DNA of 64,000 nt from an uncultured virus (IMG/VR IMGVR_UViG_3300035698_008855) (lineage: Duplodnaviria > Heunggongvirae > Uroviricota > Caudoviricetes): IMG/VR virus record IMGVR_UViG_3300035698_008855; one strand, written 5' to 3'. Each line of letters opens with the position of its first letter. The first letter of the stretch is position 1. The notes under the pieces are model-generated. The model ran no database searches and was not told where the DNA came from. It worked only from the letters and a program-made list of their open reading frames with translations. Shown here piece after piece: positions 45,828 to 55,042 of this stretch. Position numbers and translations under genes: made by a program.

Positions 45828-48473
45828 ATGCTAAAAGCAATCTGCTCAACTAGCTTCGACTACGATGGTCCGGCGATGCGTCTAATTGACGTACACAGTC
45901 GTGGCGTCGATAGTGCGTGGATGGAGAAGCGTTCAGCAATCTTCACCAATGAGATAGCCAGCATTCGGCCTGAGCGTGGACGTTCGTTCATCCACCTTAT
46001 CGCCATGGGCTCGTCTGATCGTTATGGGTGTTTTGTAGCTGGAACGCCGGTAGTCATGGCCGATATGTCTTTACATAACATTGAAACTGTGCAAGTAGGG
46101 GATGAGGTTGTTACGCACAAAGGACGTCCGTGTGAAGTGACGCGTATTTTTCGTCGTCATGTTAATGAAGAACTTTGCCGCGTTTCAATTCTCGGACTTC
46201 TTGACCCCATTGATTCGACACCGAATCATAAGTATCTCATAATTAGGCGCGAACAGCTTGTCTGCGAGATTGATACCGCGAAACGTTGTACGCCAAAAAC
46301 ACTGCAAAAAATAGCTATATGTCAATCTCGTAAATGCAGTAGACAGGGGATCAATATCTTCCCGGAATGGGTACGCGCAGATTCTCTTCGTAACGGGGAT
46401 ATGGTATTGATCCCGCGCTGCGGTCATAACGTGGGTAAACAAGGCTGGAAATATTCCTCTTCACTCATGCGTGTAATTGGTTACTGGTTGGCGGAAGGAT
46501 GCTTCCTGAAATCGAAGCAACAAAACAAAATCGGGTTATCCTTCTCTTTTGGCATTCATGAACAAGAAATAGTTGAAACACTGCTTTCTTGTTTACGTGA
46601 TATTTCTGAGCAATACTCCGATCTGCACGTTAACGGTCCTTATCCGCACGAACTGGATAACTCGATTCAAGTTAATGTACGAAGTCGAAATCTTGCTGAT
46701 TTCATGTGCAGATTTGGAGAATACTCGGGTGGGAAAAAACTAGATGGCTCCGTTTTTCGACAGCCACACGACGAAATTCAACAACTTCTTAGCGCATACT
46801 TCGAGGGCGACGGTACGTTACAGCAAAATCGTTATACCGTTAGCTCGGTTTCTCGTGAATTAATACTGGGTATACAGATGTTGTGCCATCGTGTGGGCGT
46901 TGCGACGGCTCTCTGTGTACACCCTTCCGATAATGAAAAACATCAGGATTCTTATAGACTTTCCGGCGTCGAGACCACCCTATGTGACGGTACGATTGTG
47001 CGGCCCAACTTCTACGGAAGACCTCCAAAACAAAACAAAGCATGGACTTTCGAGTGGAATGGATACATTGCCCGACCGGTACGAGAAGTATGCGTGATTT
47101 CCGGCGATGTTGATGTATTCAACCTGGAGGTTAGAGAAGATAACAGCTATCTAGTGGGTCCAGGGATTTCCGTCCATAACTGCAATCGCAACGGGGATAT
47201 GTTCCCAAAGACAGCGATGGAATTCGAAGTGCCTTACCCGGAGGAGAATCCGGATAAGGATCAGAGCAGCATCGTCAAGGTGAGTTGTGGCCTCATTGAA
47301 CGTCATGACACTTTCGTGAAGTTTGGTCATGTTTTTAGCCATCACAAAAACAAAGACCCGAAGAAGGCGAGTGGGCTCATCCACGCTTCTGCTTGGAACC
47401 CTGAAATGGATCGTGTTGAGTTGATCATCAACGTTGACAACGGTATGTGGGAACGTGATCTTACGAAGATGGCAAGTGGCGAGGATATCCCCGTGAGTAT
47501 GGCTACGAAGGTGCCATATGATTTTTGTTATGCTTGTGGTCATCAGGCACGTAATCGTAACGAGTACTGCTCTCACGCCAAAAGCATGCTGACACAGATC
47601 ACGAAGGAAGGTCACCTTGTTGGCGTACTCAACGAGCGCCCGACCTTCTTCGACATTTCTCGCGTACTCCGACCCGCAGACCGTATTGCGTGGTCACTGC
47701 AGAAGGTCGCGTCCGCTGGCGTTATCGACGTGCCGCACGATGTCATCTCGTCGTCGGCTCTCGCTGAACAGATGGGGCTTGTTGCCCCTCTGGCGGTAGC
47801 GATGGATGTTCCTCTCATCATGATGAAACGCGCAGTACAGCTGCGTAAGCTATCAGAAATGGAGAAGGAGGTTGAGGGGGAACTGCAGGGTAAGGGTAGT
47901 AAGCATGGAGTCATGCGGCTAACGATCTCGGTGCCTTCAGATGATCAGCTTGACGAGAAGGACACTAAGACGTTACGTTCGGATGACCTCAACAATGTCC
48001 TGGGCCAGATGTCGGGTAAAGGCGTCAGTCTTGGCCTGAAGGACTTCCTCCGCCTGGTGATGGGCGATATCGGTGATCTTGGTGGAGTCTTGCCTACGGC
48101 CAGCTCTATGCTGCCCTCGGTCTTTCGCGACATGATTGAAGATGGCGACGCGGAAGAAATGGCAAGCGACTCCACTTACAAACCGACGAAGGGTAAGGTC
48201 TCCAAAGACACGGAGGCCGTGACAGACAAGTTGACGGAGAAGTGTTCAATTCTTCGCGGCCCTGTTGTGCGGCGTGTCATGATTATGCAGATCAGCCCGC
48301 GTCGGTCTAAAGCGTCAGAGGACGATCAGGTGGAGAAGGCTTCGGCCGAAACCCGGTCAAAAGCGAAGGTGCTTGCGCGCGAATATGCCAAGTACAAAAT
48401 CGCTTTTGCGTCTGATCATTCTACCGACGAGTCAATAAACGTCTTGACCGTGTTACAAAACTTCGTACAATGA
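45828..48473 (+). CDS. putative prohead/capsid maturation protease, intein-containing
   Basis: NRNGDxF, HHKNKDP, VELII, VSM..V..D.C..CG...YCSH; lies just upstream of the scaffold and capsid genes. Confidence 0.65.
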   Translation: MLKAICSTSFDYDGPAMRLIDVHSRGVDSAWMEKRSAIFTNEIASIRPERGRSFIHLIAMGSSDRYGCFVAGTPVVMADMSLHNIETVQVGDEVVTHKGRPCEVTRIFRRHVNEELCRVSILGLLDPIDSTPNHKYLIIRREQLVCEIDTAKRCTPKTLQKIAICQSRKCSRQGINIFPEWVRADSLRNGDMVLIPRCGHNVGKQGWKYSSSLMRVIGYWLAEGCFLKSKQQNKIGLSFSFGIHEQEIVETLLSCLRDISEQYSDLHVNGPYPHELDNSIQVNVRSRNLADFMCRFGEYSGGKKLDGSVFRQPHDEIQQLLSAYFEGDGTLQQNRYTVSSVSRELILGIQMLCHRVGVATALCVHPSDNEKHQDSYRLSGVETTLCDGTIVRPNFYGRPPKQNKAWTFEWNGYIARPVREVCVISGDVDVFNLEVREDNSYLVGPGISVHNCNRNGDMFPKTAMEFEVPYPEENPDKDQSSIVKVSCGLIERHDTFVKFGHVFSHHKNKDPKKASGLIHASAWNPEMDRVELIINVDNGMWERDLTKMASGEDIPVSMATKVPYDFCYACGHQARNRNEYCSHAKSMLTQITKEGHLVGVLNERPTFFDISRVLRPADRIAWSLQKVASAGVIDVPHDVISSSALAEQMGLVAPLAVAMDVPLIMMKRAVQLRKLSEMEKEVEGELQGKGSKHGVMRLTISVPSDDQLDEKDTKTLRSDDLNNVLGQMSGKGVSLGLKDFLRLVMGDIGDLGGVLPTASSMLPSVFRDMIEDGDAEEMASDSTYKPTKGKVSKDTEAVTDKLTEKCSILRGPVVRRVMIMQISPRRSKASEDDQVEKASAETRSKAKVLAREYAKYKIAFASDHSTDESINVLTVLQNFVQ
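46029..47180 (+). mobile_element. intein (384 aa, LAGLIDADG) in the putative protease
   Basis: G|CFVAGTPV..TPNH..GYWLAEG..YFEGDG..VFNLEV..SVHN|C; visibly more AT-rich than its flanks. Confidence 0.9.
48444..48471 (+). promoter_or_regulatory. sigma70-like promoter TTGACC-N16-TACAAT
   Basis: Near-consensus boxes at the end of the protease gene, upstream of the scaffold/capsid genes. Confidence 0.45.
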
Positions 48474-48519
48474 AGTAATAGAGAACACGGTCGTTCAGTC
48501 ACTTAGCAAAGGAGACAGT

Positions 48520-49806
48520 GTGATGGCCAAGACCCCGGACCTGCTCGGAACCATGCGAGGCTTCCTTGAAGAAGTTCGTATGACAAAGCAGGCGGCTGCG
48601 GGTGGTCAATCGGATCCCGGCACGTCGCATCCCGTCGGGAGTGTTGATACGCAGACCCAGACCGCAACGGAAGGGTCTCGTTCTTCCGAGAACACCGCAG
48701 ACGTCAAGGCCGGTATTGGAGCTCCCTCTGTGGACTCCAGTGAAGGCGCAGAAGCGGCCCCTGATAACAGCACCAAGGGCCAGGGTACCGAGATTCAGGC
48801 TGCTGACGAAGTGAAGGGTAACGTGCAGACGCCTGGCACCGCGCCCGACAAACCGGAGAAGCACACCGGTGGGGCCGAGTCGCCCTCTCACCCGTCGAAC
48901 CAGACCTGGAACGAGAAGTATTCGGCGCTCACCACTACCGGTAACCAGATCCTCGAGCTTCTCAGTAAGCTCGACGGTGGCGTACCGGAAGAAAAGAAGG
49001 CGGAGGAGGCTGAGCAGGCTCCTGTAACCCCGTCCGTCGCACCCGCCGCAACCGCCGAAGTTGAGAAAGCTGGACAAGACGGCTATCTCGCCGGGCAAGT
49101 ACTCGCCGGTCAGCTCGGTATGGACAAGTCAGCAGCCGAAGAGAACGCCGCTGTCGTCGGAAGCATGATTAAGTCGGCCGAGGAAGACGCGCAGCTCTTT
49201 GCGGACTACCTGCAAGGCTACAACGCAGGCGAAGCGGAGATGCACAAGCAGTCTATGGTTCCTGCCGCCGCCCTCGAAGAGGACGCGGGACAGGAAGCAG
49301 CCCCGGCCGGTCCCCCCTCGCCAGAGGAGGAGGCTGCCATGGCCGCCCTTGCAGGTGGTGGTGGCGGAATGCCCGGAATGGAAGGCGGCGGAATGCCTCC
49401 CATGATGGGTGAAGAAGCTCCCCCTGAAGCGGGTCTCGAAGGAGGACCCGGTGCTGAGAACGCTATCATAGAGCTCATTCAAGCGCTCGAAGAAGCCGGT
49501 ATCTCCCCTGAGGAACTCATGGCCGCGCTTAGCCAAAGCGAAGGCGGCGGTGAGATGATGGGCGGTGGTGGTGAGATGGGCGGCGGAATGCCCCCCATGC
49601 CTCCCGAAGCAGCCCCTCCGGCGGAAATGCCTCCCGGTCTCCCCGGGGAGGAAGCCAAGCTCGCCTCGCTGCAACAGAAGGCCAAGGCTGAAGGTATGCT
49701 CTCGGGCATGATCCTCAGCCAGCCGACTGAAAAGCGAGCCGCGCTTATGGCTCATGTTCAGGGGAAAGTCCGATACCTGCTCGCCGCTAAGGCGCGGAGA
49801 GCGTAA
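48520..49806 (+). CDS. putative scaffold/inner-head protein
   Basis: AAGGAG RBS; acidic, low complexity, many K-x-A/S motifs; between protease and capsid genes. Confidence 0.6.
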   Translation: MMAKTPDLLGTMRGFLEEVRMTKQAAAGGQSDPGTSHPVGSVDTQTQTATEGSRSSENTADVKAGIGAPSVDSSEGAEAAPDNSTKGQGTEIQAADEVKGNVQTPGTAPDKPEKHTGGAESPSHPSNQTWNEKYSALTTTGNQILELLSKLDGGVPEEKKAEEAEQAPVTPSVAPAATAEVEKAGQDGYLAGQVLAGQLGMDKSAAEENAAVVGSMIKSAEEDAQLFADYLQGYNAGEAEMHKQSMVPAAALEEDAGQEAAPAGPPSPEEEAAMAALAGGGGGMPGMEGGGMPPMMGEEAPPEAGLEGGPGAENAIIELIQALEEAGISPEELMAALSQSEGGGEMMGGGGEMGGGMPPMPPEAAPPAEMPPGLPGEEAKLASLQQKAKAEGMLSGMILSQPTEKRAALMAHVQGKVRYLLAAKARRA

Positions 49807-49823
49807 CTAGGAGGAAACCTGAG

Positions 49824-50225
49824 ATGCCAAATGATATGATCAAGGTCCCCAAGGGTCTCCTCCCGTTGATGGTGAACTTTGTCAAGCAGTCCAGCGAACT
49901 TCTCGAAGAAGCTGGTACGACGATGTCCACCGGGCAGGAGAAGACAGCGGCCGATCAAGAGGCGCTCATGCAGAAGGCTTCGGCCGCTGTGGGTGAGTGC
50001 ATTGCGAGTGGCCTGATGTCCGACGCAGCTCGTGAGAATGCTGTCAGCAAGTTGTCGACAGACCACCTCACCGCGTTGGCGTCACTTGAGAAAATCGCTC
50101 GTGATATCCGCCCGTTCGCTTCGGGTGGACCATCGCCTACATCGAGCGACACTGGCGGATCTCCGGGTAGCAACAAACGGGCATCCGATTCCAAATTCGA
50201 ACAAGCATTGGGCTTCACTGGCTAA
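49824..50225 (+). CDS. hypothetical head-assembly protein
   Basis: GGAGG RBS; EKTAA and QKAS motifs. Confidence 0.7.
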   Translation: MPNDMIKVPKGLLPLMVNFVKQSSELLEEAGTTMSTGQEKTAADQEALMQKASAAVGECIASGLMSDAARENAVSKLSTDHLTALASLEKIARDIRPFASGGPSPTSSDTGGSPGSNKRASDSKFEQALGFTG

Positions 50226-50256
50226 CGCAGCCGGAGTCCTCGTCCAATAGGAGGAA

Positions 50257-50790
50257 GTGAGCATGGGTAACATGACCCCGGGTCAGATGTACGACCATGA
50301 GCTCAACCCCGTGAAGGGGTGGCCTTCCCCGTACGCGATCGACTACGCTGCGGGCGTTTCGGCCAACGAGACCAACACGATTGAAGCCGGTATGGGCTGC
50401 TACCTGGACGCCAATGGCGAATTCAGGCTCGGTAGTTCCGCTGGTGCCGTGACTATCCTCATGCTGCAGGGCGTCGACGATTTCGATGCGAACTCCGACG
50501 TCGGAAACATTTCCGGTGGCGTGATGAGCGGCTTGCCCTGTGTGGCAAGCTATGAAATCTGGACAACCGAGTTCGTCGCTGGCAACTACGTTCCCAACGA
50601 TTATCTCCAGATTCAGGCCACCGGCGCCAACATCGGCAAGGTTGTCGAGGGTAACGCCTACATCGATCAGATCTGCGGTATCGTCTCGCAAGGGACGTTC
50701 ACCAACGAGCATCAGGTCGACGTACTTCAGTTCTGGACCTTCCACCTGCCGCCCATGAGCACGTCCAGCTCATCCAGCAGCGCTGGCTAG
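50257..50790 (+). CDS. putative head decoration/cement protein
   Basis: Beta-rich; directly upstream of the major capsid gene; C-terminal poly-Ser. Confidence 0.55.
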   Translation: MSMGNMTPGQMYDHELNPVKGWPSPYAIDYAAGVSANETNTIEAGMGCYLDANGEFRLGSSAGAVTILMLQGVDDFDANSDVGNISGGVMSGLPCVASYEIWTTEFVAGNYVPNDYLQIQATGANIGKVVEGNAYIDQICGIVSQGTFTNEHQVDVLQFWTFHLPPMSTSSSSSSAG

Positions 50791-50902
50791 CCGTTTGACA
50801 CCTAAGCCCGGAGGCTACTAGTCCGAGATATACGGGGTAGCCTCCGGGAGAGCTGCCGCAACAGTGACACGTTACTGACGCGGCTAACAAAAGGAGAGAA
50901 GA

Positions 50903-51829
50903 ATGCCTGATCCGACCGCTAAAATGGTCAACGAGGCACTTCTGGACCGCCTCGCAGACGACGGCATGAAGAAGGAAGCTCAAGACGCCGTCACGGACTA
51001 TGTTCGCATGAGAGTTCGTGAAGACGGCTTCCTTCGCCGTATTATGAACCCCGTCCAGATCAGCAACGATCAGCTCGACCGTCAGGTCGACACCGACAAG
51101 CCGGTGAAGATCGTCGACATGGAGCCGGACAGCCCGGCCGCGCAGAGCGTGCCCTTCGCCACCCTGCCCTCCAACCGCTACATCCGTGGTCGGAGATGCC
51201 GAGTGATGTTCGACAGAATCGAAACGCCCCGATTCACCAAGGACGTTACGGAACTGCGAACATACGACATGGACATCCGTCAGGTCTTGTCGGACAACGC
51301 GATCAAAGACGTTCTCGCCGAAGAGGATGGCAAGTTCGTTACCGCTATCGGCCAGATCATCGGCGCGGCGGGTTCCACGGTCACCGAGACCGGCAGCATT
51401 CAGCATCAGGATATCTCTGGCGGCATCACCCGCGATACCATCGCCGATGCCATGAAGATTCTCCCTGGCACCCCGAGCCATCTCAACTGCGCGACTGTCC
51501 TGGTGAACAACATCACCATCTGGGACATCGTGAAGTGGGAGCGCCCGGAAGTCGGCGGTGATCTCGCCCAGGAAATTCTGATCAACGGTTTCGCCGAGCG
51601 TACCCTCATGGGTTGCCGGTGGATCATCACGATCAAGACTTCGCTCGTTCCGACGAACAGCATCTTCCAGTTCGCCGAACCGAAGTTCATGGGCAAGTTC
51701 TTCATTCTCGAAGACACAACCATGTACATCGATCGTAAGGCCTTCTTGCTCGAGTTCTTCGCCTACGAAGAGATCGGTTGCACGATCGCCAACGTCGCGT
51801 CTGTGGCTCGCGCCAACTTCACGGCGTAA
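50903..51829 (+). CDS. major capsid protein (HK97-like fold inferred)
   Basis: REDGFLRRIM, D..AEED.KF, FFAYEEIG..IAN; strong codon bias; AAGGAG RBS; gene order. Confidence 0.75.
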   Translation: MPDPTAKMVNEALLDRLADDGMKKEAQDAVTDYVRMRVREDGFLRRIMNPVQISNDQLDRQVDTDKPVKIVDMEPDSPAAQSVPFATLPSNRYIRGRRCRVMFDRIETPRFTKDVTELRTYDMDIRQVLSDNAIKDVLAEEDGKFVTAIGQIIGAAGSTVTETGSIQHQDISGGITRDTIADAMKILPGTPSHLNCATVLVNNITIWDIVKWERPEVGGDLAQEILINGFAERTLMGCRWIITIKTSLVPTNSIFQFAEPKFMGKFFILEDTTMYIDRKAFLLEFFAYEEIGCTIANVASVARANFTA

Positions 51830-51914
51830 GCGGCGCTGTACGCCAATAACTAATCAGTTGGAGGCGGGGTGACTCGCCTCCAGCTGGTATCAAAGTAAGA
51901 GAAGGAGTAACGAG

Positions 51915-52259
51915 ATGTCCCAAGAACAGGCCCTCGAAGCTCTTCAGACGCTTTCGACTCAGGTCTACGTCCCGCGTTTCCTCGAGAAGTGCGCGAAACT
52001 CGGTATCAACATTCAGACCGAGGAAGACCTGCAGAATGCTCTGGAGACTACAGCGATCCTGAAGATGGGGCAGGCCGAAGAGTCGGCTTCTCTTATCCAG
52101 CGAGGCGCGGACGCGTTGCGTGAAAACGCAGGCGTTGCTACCTCGGCGGATCAGGCGAAGCAAGCCTCCGAAGTCGGTCTCATTGAGACAGCAGTAGCAG
52201 ACCCCAACATCAGCGAAGCCCTCAACACGCTGCGGCTTGCCGCGCAGGCTGAAGCCTAA
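51915..52259 (+). CDS. hypothetical protein
   Basis: AAGGAG RBS. Confidence 0.75.
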   Translation: MSQEQALEALQTLSTQVYVPRFLEKCAKLGINIQTEEDLQNALETTAILKMGQAEESASLIQRGADALRENAGVATSADQAKQASEVGLIETAVADPNISEALNTLRLAAQAEA

Positions 52260-52275
52260 GTAAGGACAGAGACGC

Positions 52276-52653
52276 ATGCCAGGTACAAAGTCACATGATT
52301 TCGATGTAACGTATATCTCGGCGCGAGCAGCCCTGCGTACGGCTACCGCCCCTGAAGCAGATCCTTCGGCAATCGTCGCAGGTGAGCTTGTTACGCTATC
52401 GGAAGATCGACACGGATACAACGGCCGCATCTTCGTTGCAGCTACCATTCCAGGTACTACATCGAGTGTAACCGTGGGACTCTATCTGGATGTGCTTGGT
52501 GACGGAGTATCGTGGGTGCTGGCAGATTCAGCGATTACCACGGTGTCCGCACTGCTTCAGTTCACCGGCCTACCTCCGGGTAGTTACGCTGTCCTGATGA
52601 CCGCACGGACCGGTAGTGGCACGATCACGTTCTACGAACAGCATACTGCGTAA
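52276..52653 (+). CDS. hypothetical beta-rich virion protein
   Basis: AAGGA RBS; Thr/Val-rich. Confidence 0.65.
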   Translation: MPGTKSHDFDVTYISARAALRTATAPEADPSAIVAGELVTLSEDRHGYNGRIFVAATIPGTTSSVTVGLYLDVLGDGVSWVLADSAITTVSALLQFTGLPPGSYAVLMTARTGSGTITFYEQHTA

Positions 52654-52729
52654 CGGCACGCTTTGAACGGTTACTGGGGCGGCTAGGATACAACTCTTAG
52701 CCGTCCCTGCTTTTAGAGGCGCCAGATAG

Positions 52730-53428
52730 ATGGCCACATACCTCAGAGACTGGCGGTACGTAGCAGCGTGCGTGCTTACCCTTACTCTCACGGGGTGCTC
52801 TCTGTTCTACGCCAATCAGGTGAAGGGGCCCGTCTCTTCGTTCAGCGAGGCGGAAAAGACGACTTTCCCCGATGGTAAGATTGTCGAGAAAGAAACGAGG
52901 ACGCTGTCTGGCGGGGCGGTGTACCAGGGCGACGCAACCAAGAAATTGAAGCTCGGCGAGACTGTGGCGACGAAGGAAGAGGGAAAGACGAAACAGACTA
53001 CCCTTGAGATGTGGAAGCTCAAGATCAAGGGGAAAGAGATATACATCTTCTACGGCGTGGGCGCCTTCATTATTGTGATTGGTTGGGTCATGGGGTACTA
53101 TATAGGTAGCTGGAAGCTCGGAATGGTCATCAGCCTTGGGTCCGTATCTGGGATCGCGGCAGTTGTTCTTTTTGAGCGGTACCCTTGGATAGTACTCATT
53201 CCGGCTTTGCTGTTTATCGGTGGAGGTATCTTACTTCTCTACCACCTCGCCCGAGGTAAGTCGATAAAGCAGGCATTTAGTATAATCGTTGAGGGTGTGG
53301 AAGACAGCGCTGAGTATGCTCCAAAAGTAGCAGCGGCCACGAAAAAGAGCATCAAACGTCGTGCGGGTAAGTTCGGCGCTCTTGTAAAGCGTGAGGTCTC
53401 TACTATTAAGCAGGGGTTGAACCTGTAA
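52730..53428 (+). CDS. lipoprotein-signal protein with C-terminal TM helices
   Basis: Lipobox LTGC; about 3 hydrophobic helices; basic tail. Confidence 0.7.
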   Translation: MATYLRDWRYVAACVLTLTLTGCSLFYANQVKGPVSSFSEAEKTTFPDGKIVEKETRTLSGGAVYQGDATKKLKLGETVATKEEGKTKQTTLEMWKLKIKGKEIYIFYGVGAFIIVIGWVMGYYIGSWKLGMVISLGSVSGIAAVVLFERYPWIVLIPALLFIGGGILLLYHLARGKSIKQAFSIIVEGVEDSAEYAPKVAAATKKSIKRRAGKFGALVKREVSTIKQGLNL

Positions 53429-53928
53429 TGGCCGACAGAAAACCAGTGATCATCAGGAACGCTGTGCATGCCGAATTGCAGGCCGGTGAGCAACTTGTTG
53501 ACTCTGATGGAAATCCGTACCTTGCTTCCGCAGGGGTAAGATATCCTGTACCAATTATGTTCACGATACTCGGCGACGATGATCTGAACACACATCTCCA
53601 TTTTCAGGTTCAGATTGATGCAGCTGACGACTTCTCTGATCCGACTATCGACGTGGAGAGTAAGACGTCACAGACAGATTGGTACTACTCTGATGGTTCC
53701 GTATGGCAATCTCAACCTTCAGGGGGGGTACTAGCATACTACGAATATGAGCAAGACGGCTACGGACAGTGGATACTTACAGCGCAGGAGTATACTGGAT
53801 ACGAGGCACGATACGACGTGCCTTCTGGTTTAGTCTTTGGCACGTACTACTACGTGCGATTCAGACAATGGGATGTAGAGGGTGACACTGATGGAAGTTG
53901 GCATCTCCTCACCCCCTTCACAGCTTAG
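53428..53928 (+). CDS. hypothetical beta-sandwich (FN3-like) protein
   Basis: HFQVQID...F...GTYYYVRFRQWD. Confidence 0.65.
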   Translation: MADRKPVIIRNAVHAELQAGEQLVDSDGNPYLASAGVRYPVPIMFTILGDDDLNTHLHFQVQIDAADDFSDPTIDVESKTSQTDWYYSDGSVWQSQPSGGVLAYYEYEQDGYGQWILTAQEYTGYEARYDVPSGLVFGTYYYVRFRQWDVEGDTDGSWHLLTPFTA

Positions 53929-53936
53929 GAGCAAGT

Positions 53937-54188
53937 ATGAAGACTCACGCGATATTCATCGTACTTATGTTCGCACTGGTTGGATGCCAAACAGTTGTAA
54001 CGTTCCAGCCTGGTAGAATTACAGCAAACGCCTCTGGGGTGACAGCCTTAGAGGAGATCAAAGCAGATGGTTCGATCGTCCGTTCGATCGATACGAAGCA
54101 ACAGACATGGTGGGATACGTTGAAGAGCCAAGTGTCACAGATACTTGATGCTCTTGCAAAAACGAATCCTGCTGTGACCGTCAACTAG
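53937..54188 (+). CDS. small lipoprotein
   Basis: AGGAG RBS; lipobox LVGC. Confidence 0.65.
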   Translation: MKTHAIFIVLMFALVGCQTVVTFQPGRITANASGVTALEEIKADGSIVRSIDTKQQTWWDTLKSQVSQILDALAKTNPAVTVN

Positions 54189-54206
54189 TATAGGAGGAGA
54201 AGTAAG

Positions 54207-55031
54207 ATGAGAATTTTTGGTATCACCCTGGCGGTACTCGTGGCTCTCAGCAGCATCATTCAGGCAGAGTTCACGGAAGCGGCGTTAGACACTAAAATCG
54301 CAGAAGTTGTCACAGCCCGCAAGGTGGTAGCGATGGCAGAGAAAGCTATTCCGGTTGTGGGTGCTGATGTCATCAAAGCGAAGATTGCACTGAGAGGTTT
54401 TACTCGTGCCCTTGATATTTATTGCCTCAAGGGACGAGATGATCTTACGTCGCTGACTCTTGCAGAAGCACGGTATGAGCTTCTTGGGTCCAAGGATGTT
54501 TTGACGTTCACCCCCACTAAGCGATTGCACAGTTCTATTCCCCGCAAGCCAGGACTTGAAGTGCAACAGGCAATGTATACTAAATATGCCTTGCCGCTCA
54601 TACAGAGGGGAAAAGCTACGGATGGCATGTGCTTTACAGCGTTGCGAATTGGGGTTGCTACCCCAGCATCAGCTATTCGGGCTTTGGCTTATGCGTTTAG
54701 GCCGCGAGTTAAAGCGAAGTACTCTCGCGAAGTGTTGCGAGCGCTTACCCTGATTCCTGTTGATGAGCAGCTTGATGCTATGCAGACGGCTATGGGTAAC
54801 TTTGAGTCGTATCCTTACGCAAAGCGAGCCTTCCAATCGATCAAAGTTCACGGGTCGTATTTGGCTATGGTTGTGCGTATTGAAGGAGATAATGTTGCCA
54901 AGGTGAAGGCGAGGTTCGACCGAATCAGGAAGGTTATCATCCCAGAGATTCTTGGGGATAATAAAGCGGAAGCAACCGGTCTTCTTCGTGAGCTCTACGT
55001 TGTCTACGATGCTCTTGGGATCCCCAGGTAG
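54207..55031 (+). CDS. hypothetical protein with signal peptide
   Basis: GGAGG RBS; hydrophobic N-terminus ending IQA. Confidence 0.7.
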   Translation: MRIFGITLAVLVALSSIIQAEFTEAALDTKIAEVVTARKVVAMAEKAIPVVGADVIKAKIALRGFTRALDIYCLKGRDDLTSLTLAEARYELLGSKDVLTFTPTKRLHSSIPRKPGLEVQQAMYTKYALPLIQRGKATDGMCFTALRIGVATPASAIRALAYAFRPRVKAKYSREVLRALTLIPVDEQLDAMQTAMGNFESYPYAKRAFQSIKVHGSYLAMVVRIEGDNVAKVKARFDRIRKVIIPEILGDNKAEATGLLRELYVVYDALGIPR

Positions 55032-55042
55032 AGGAAACCCGT

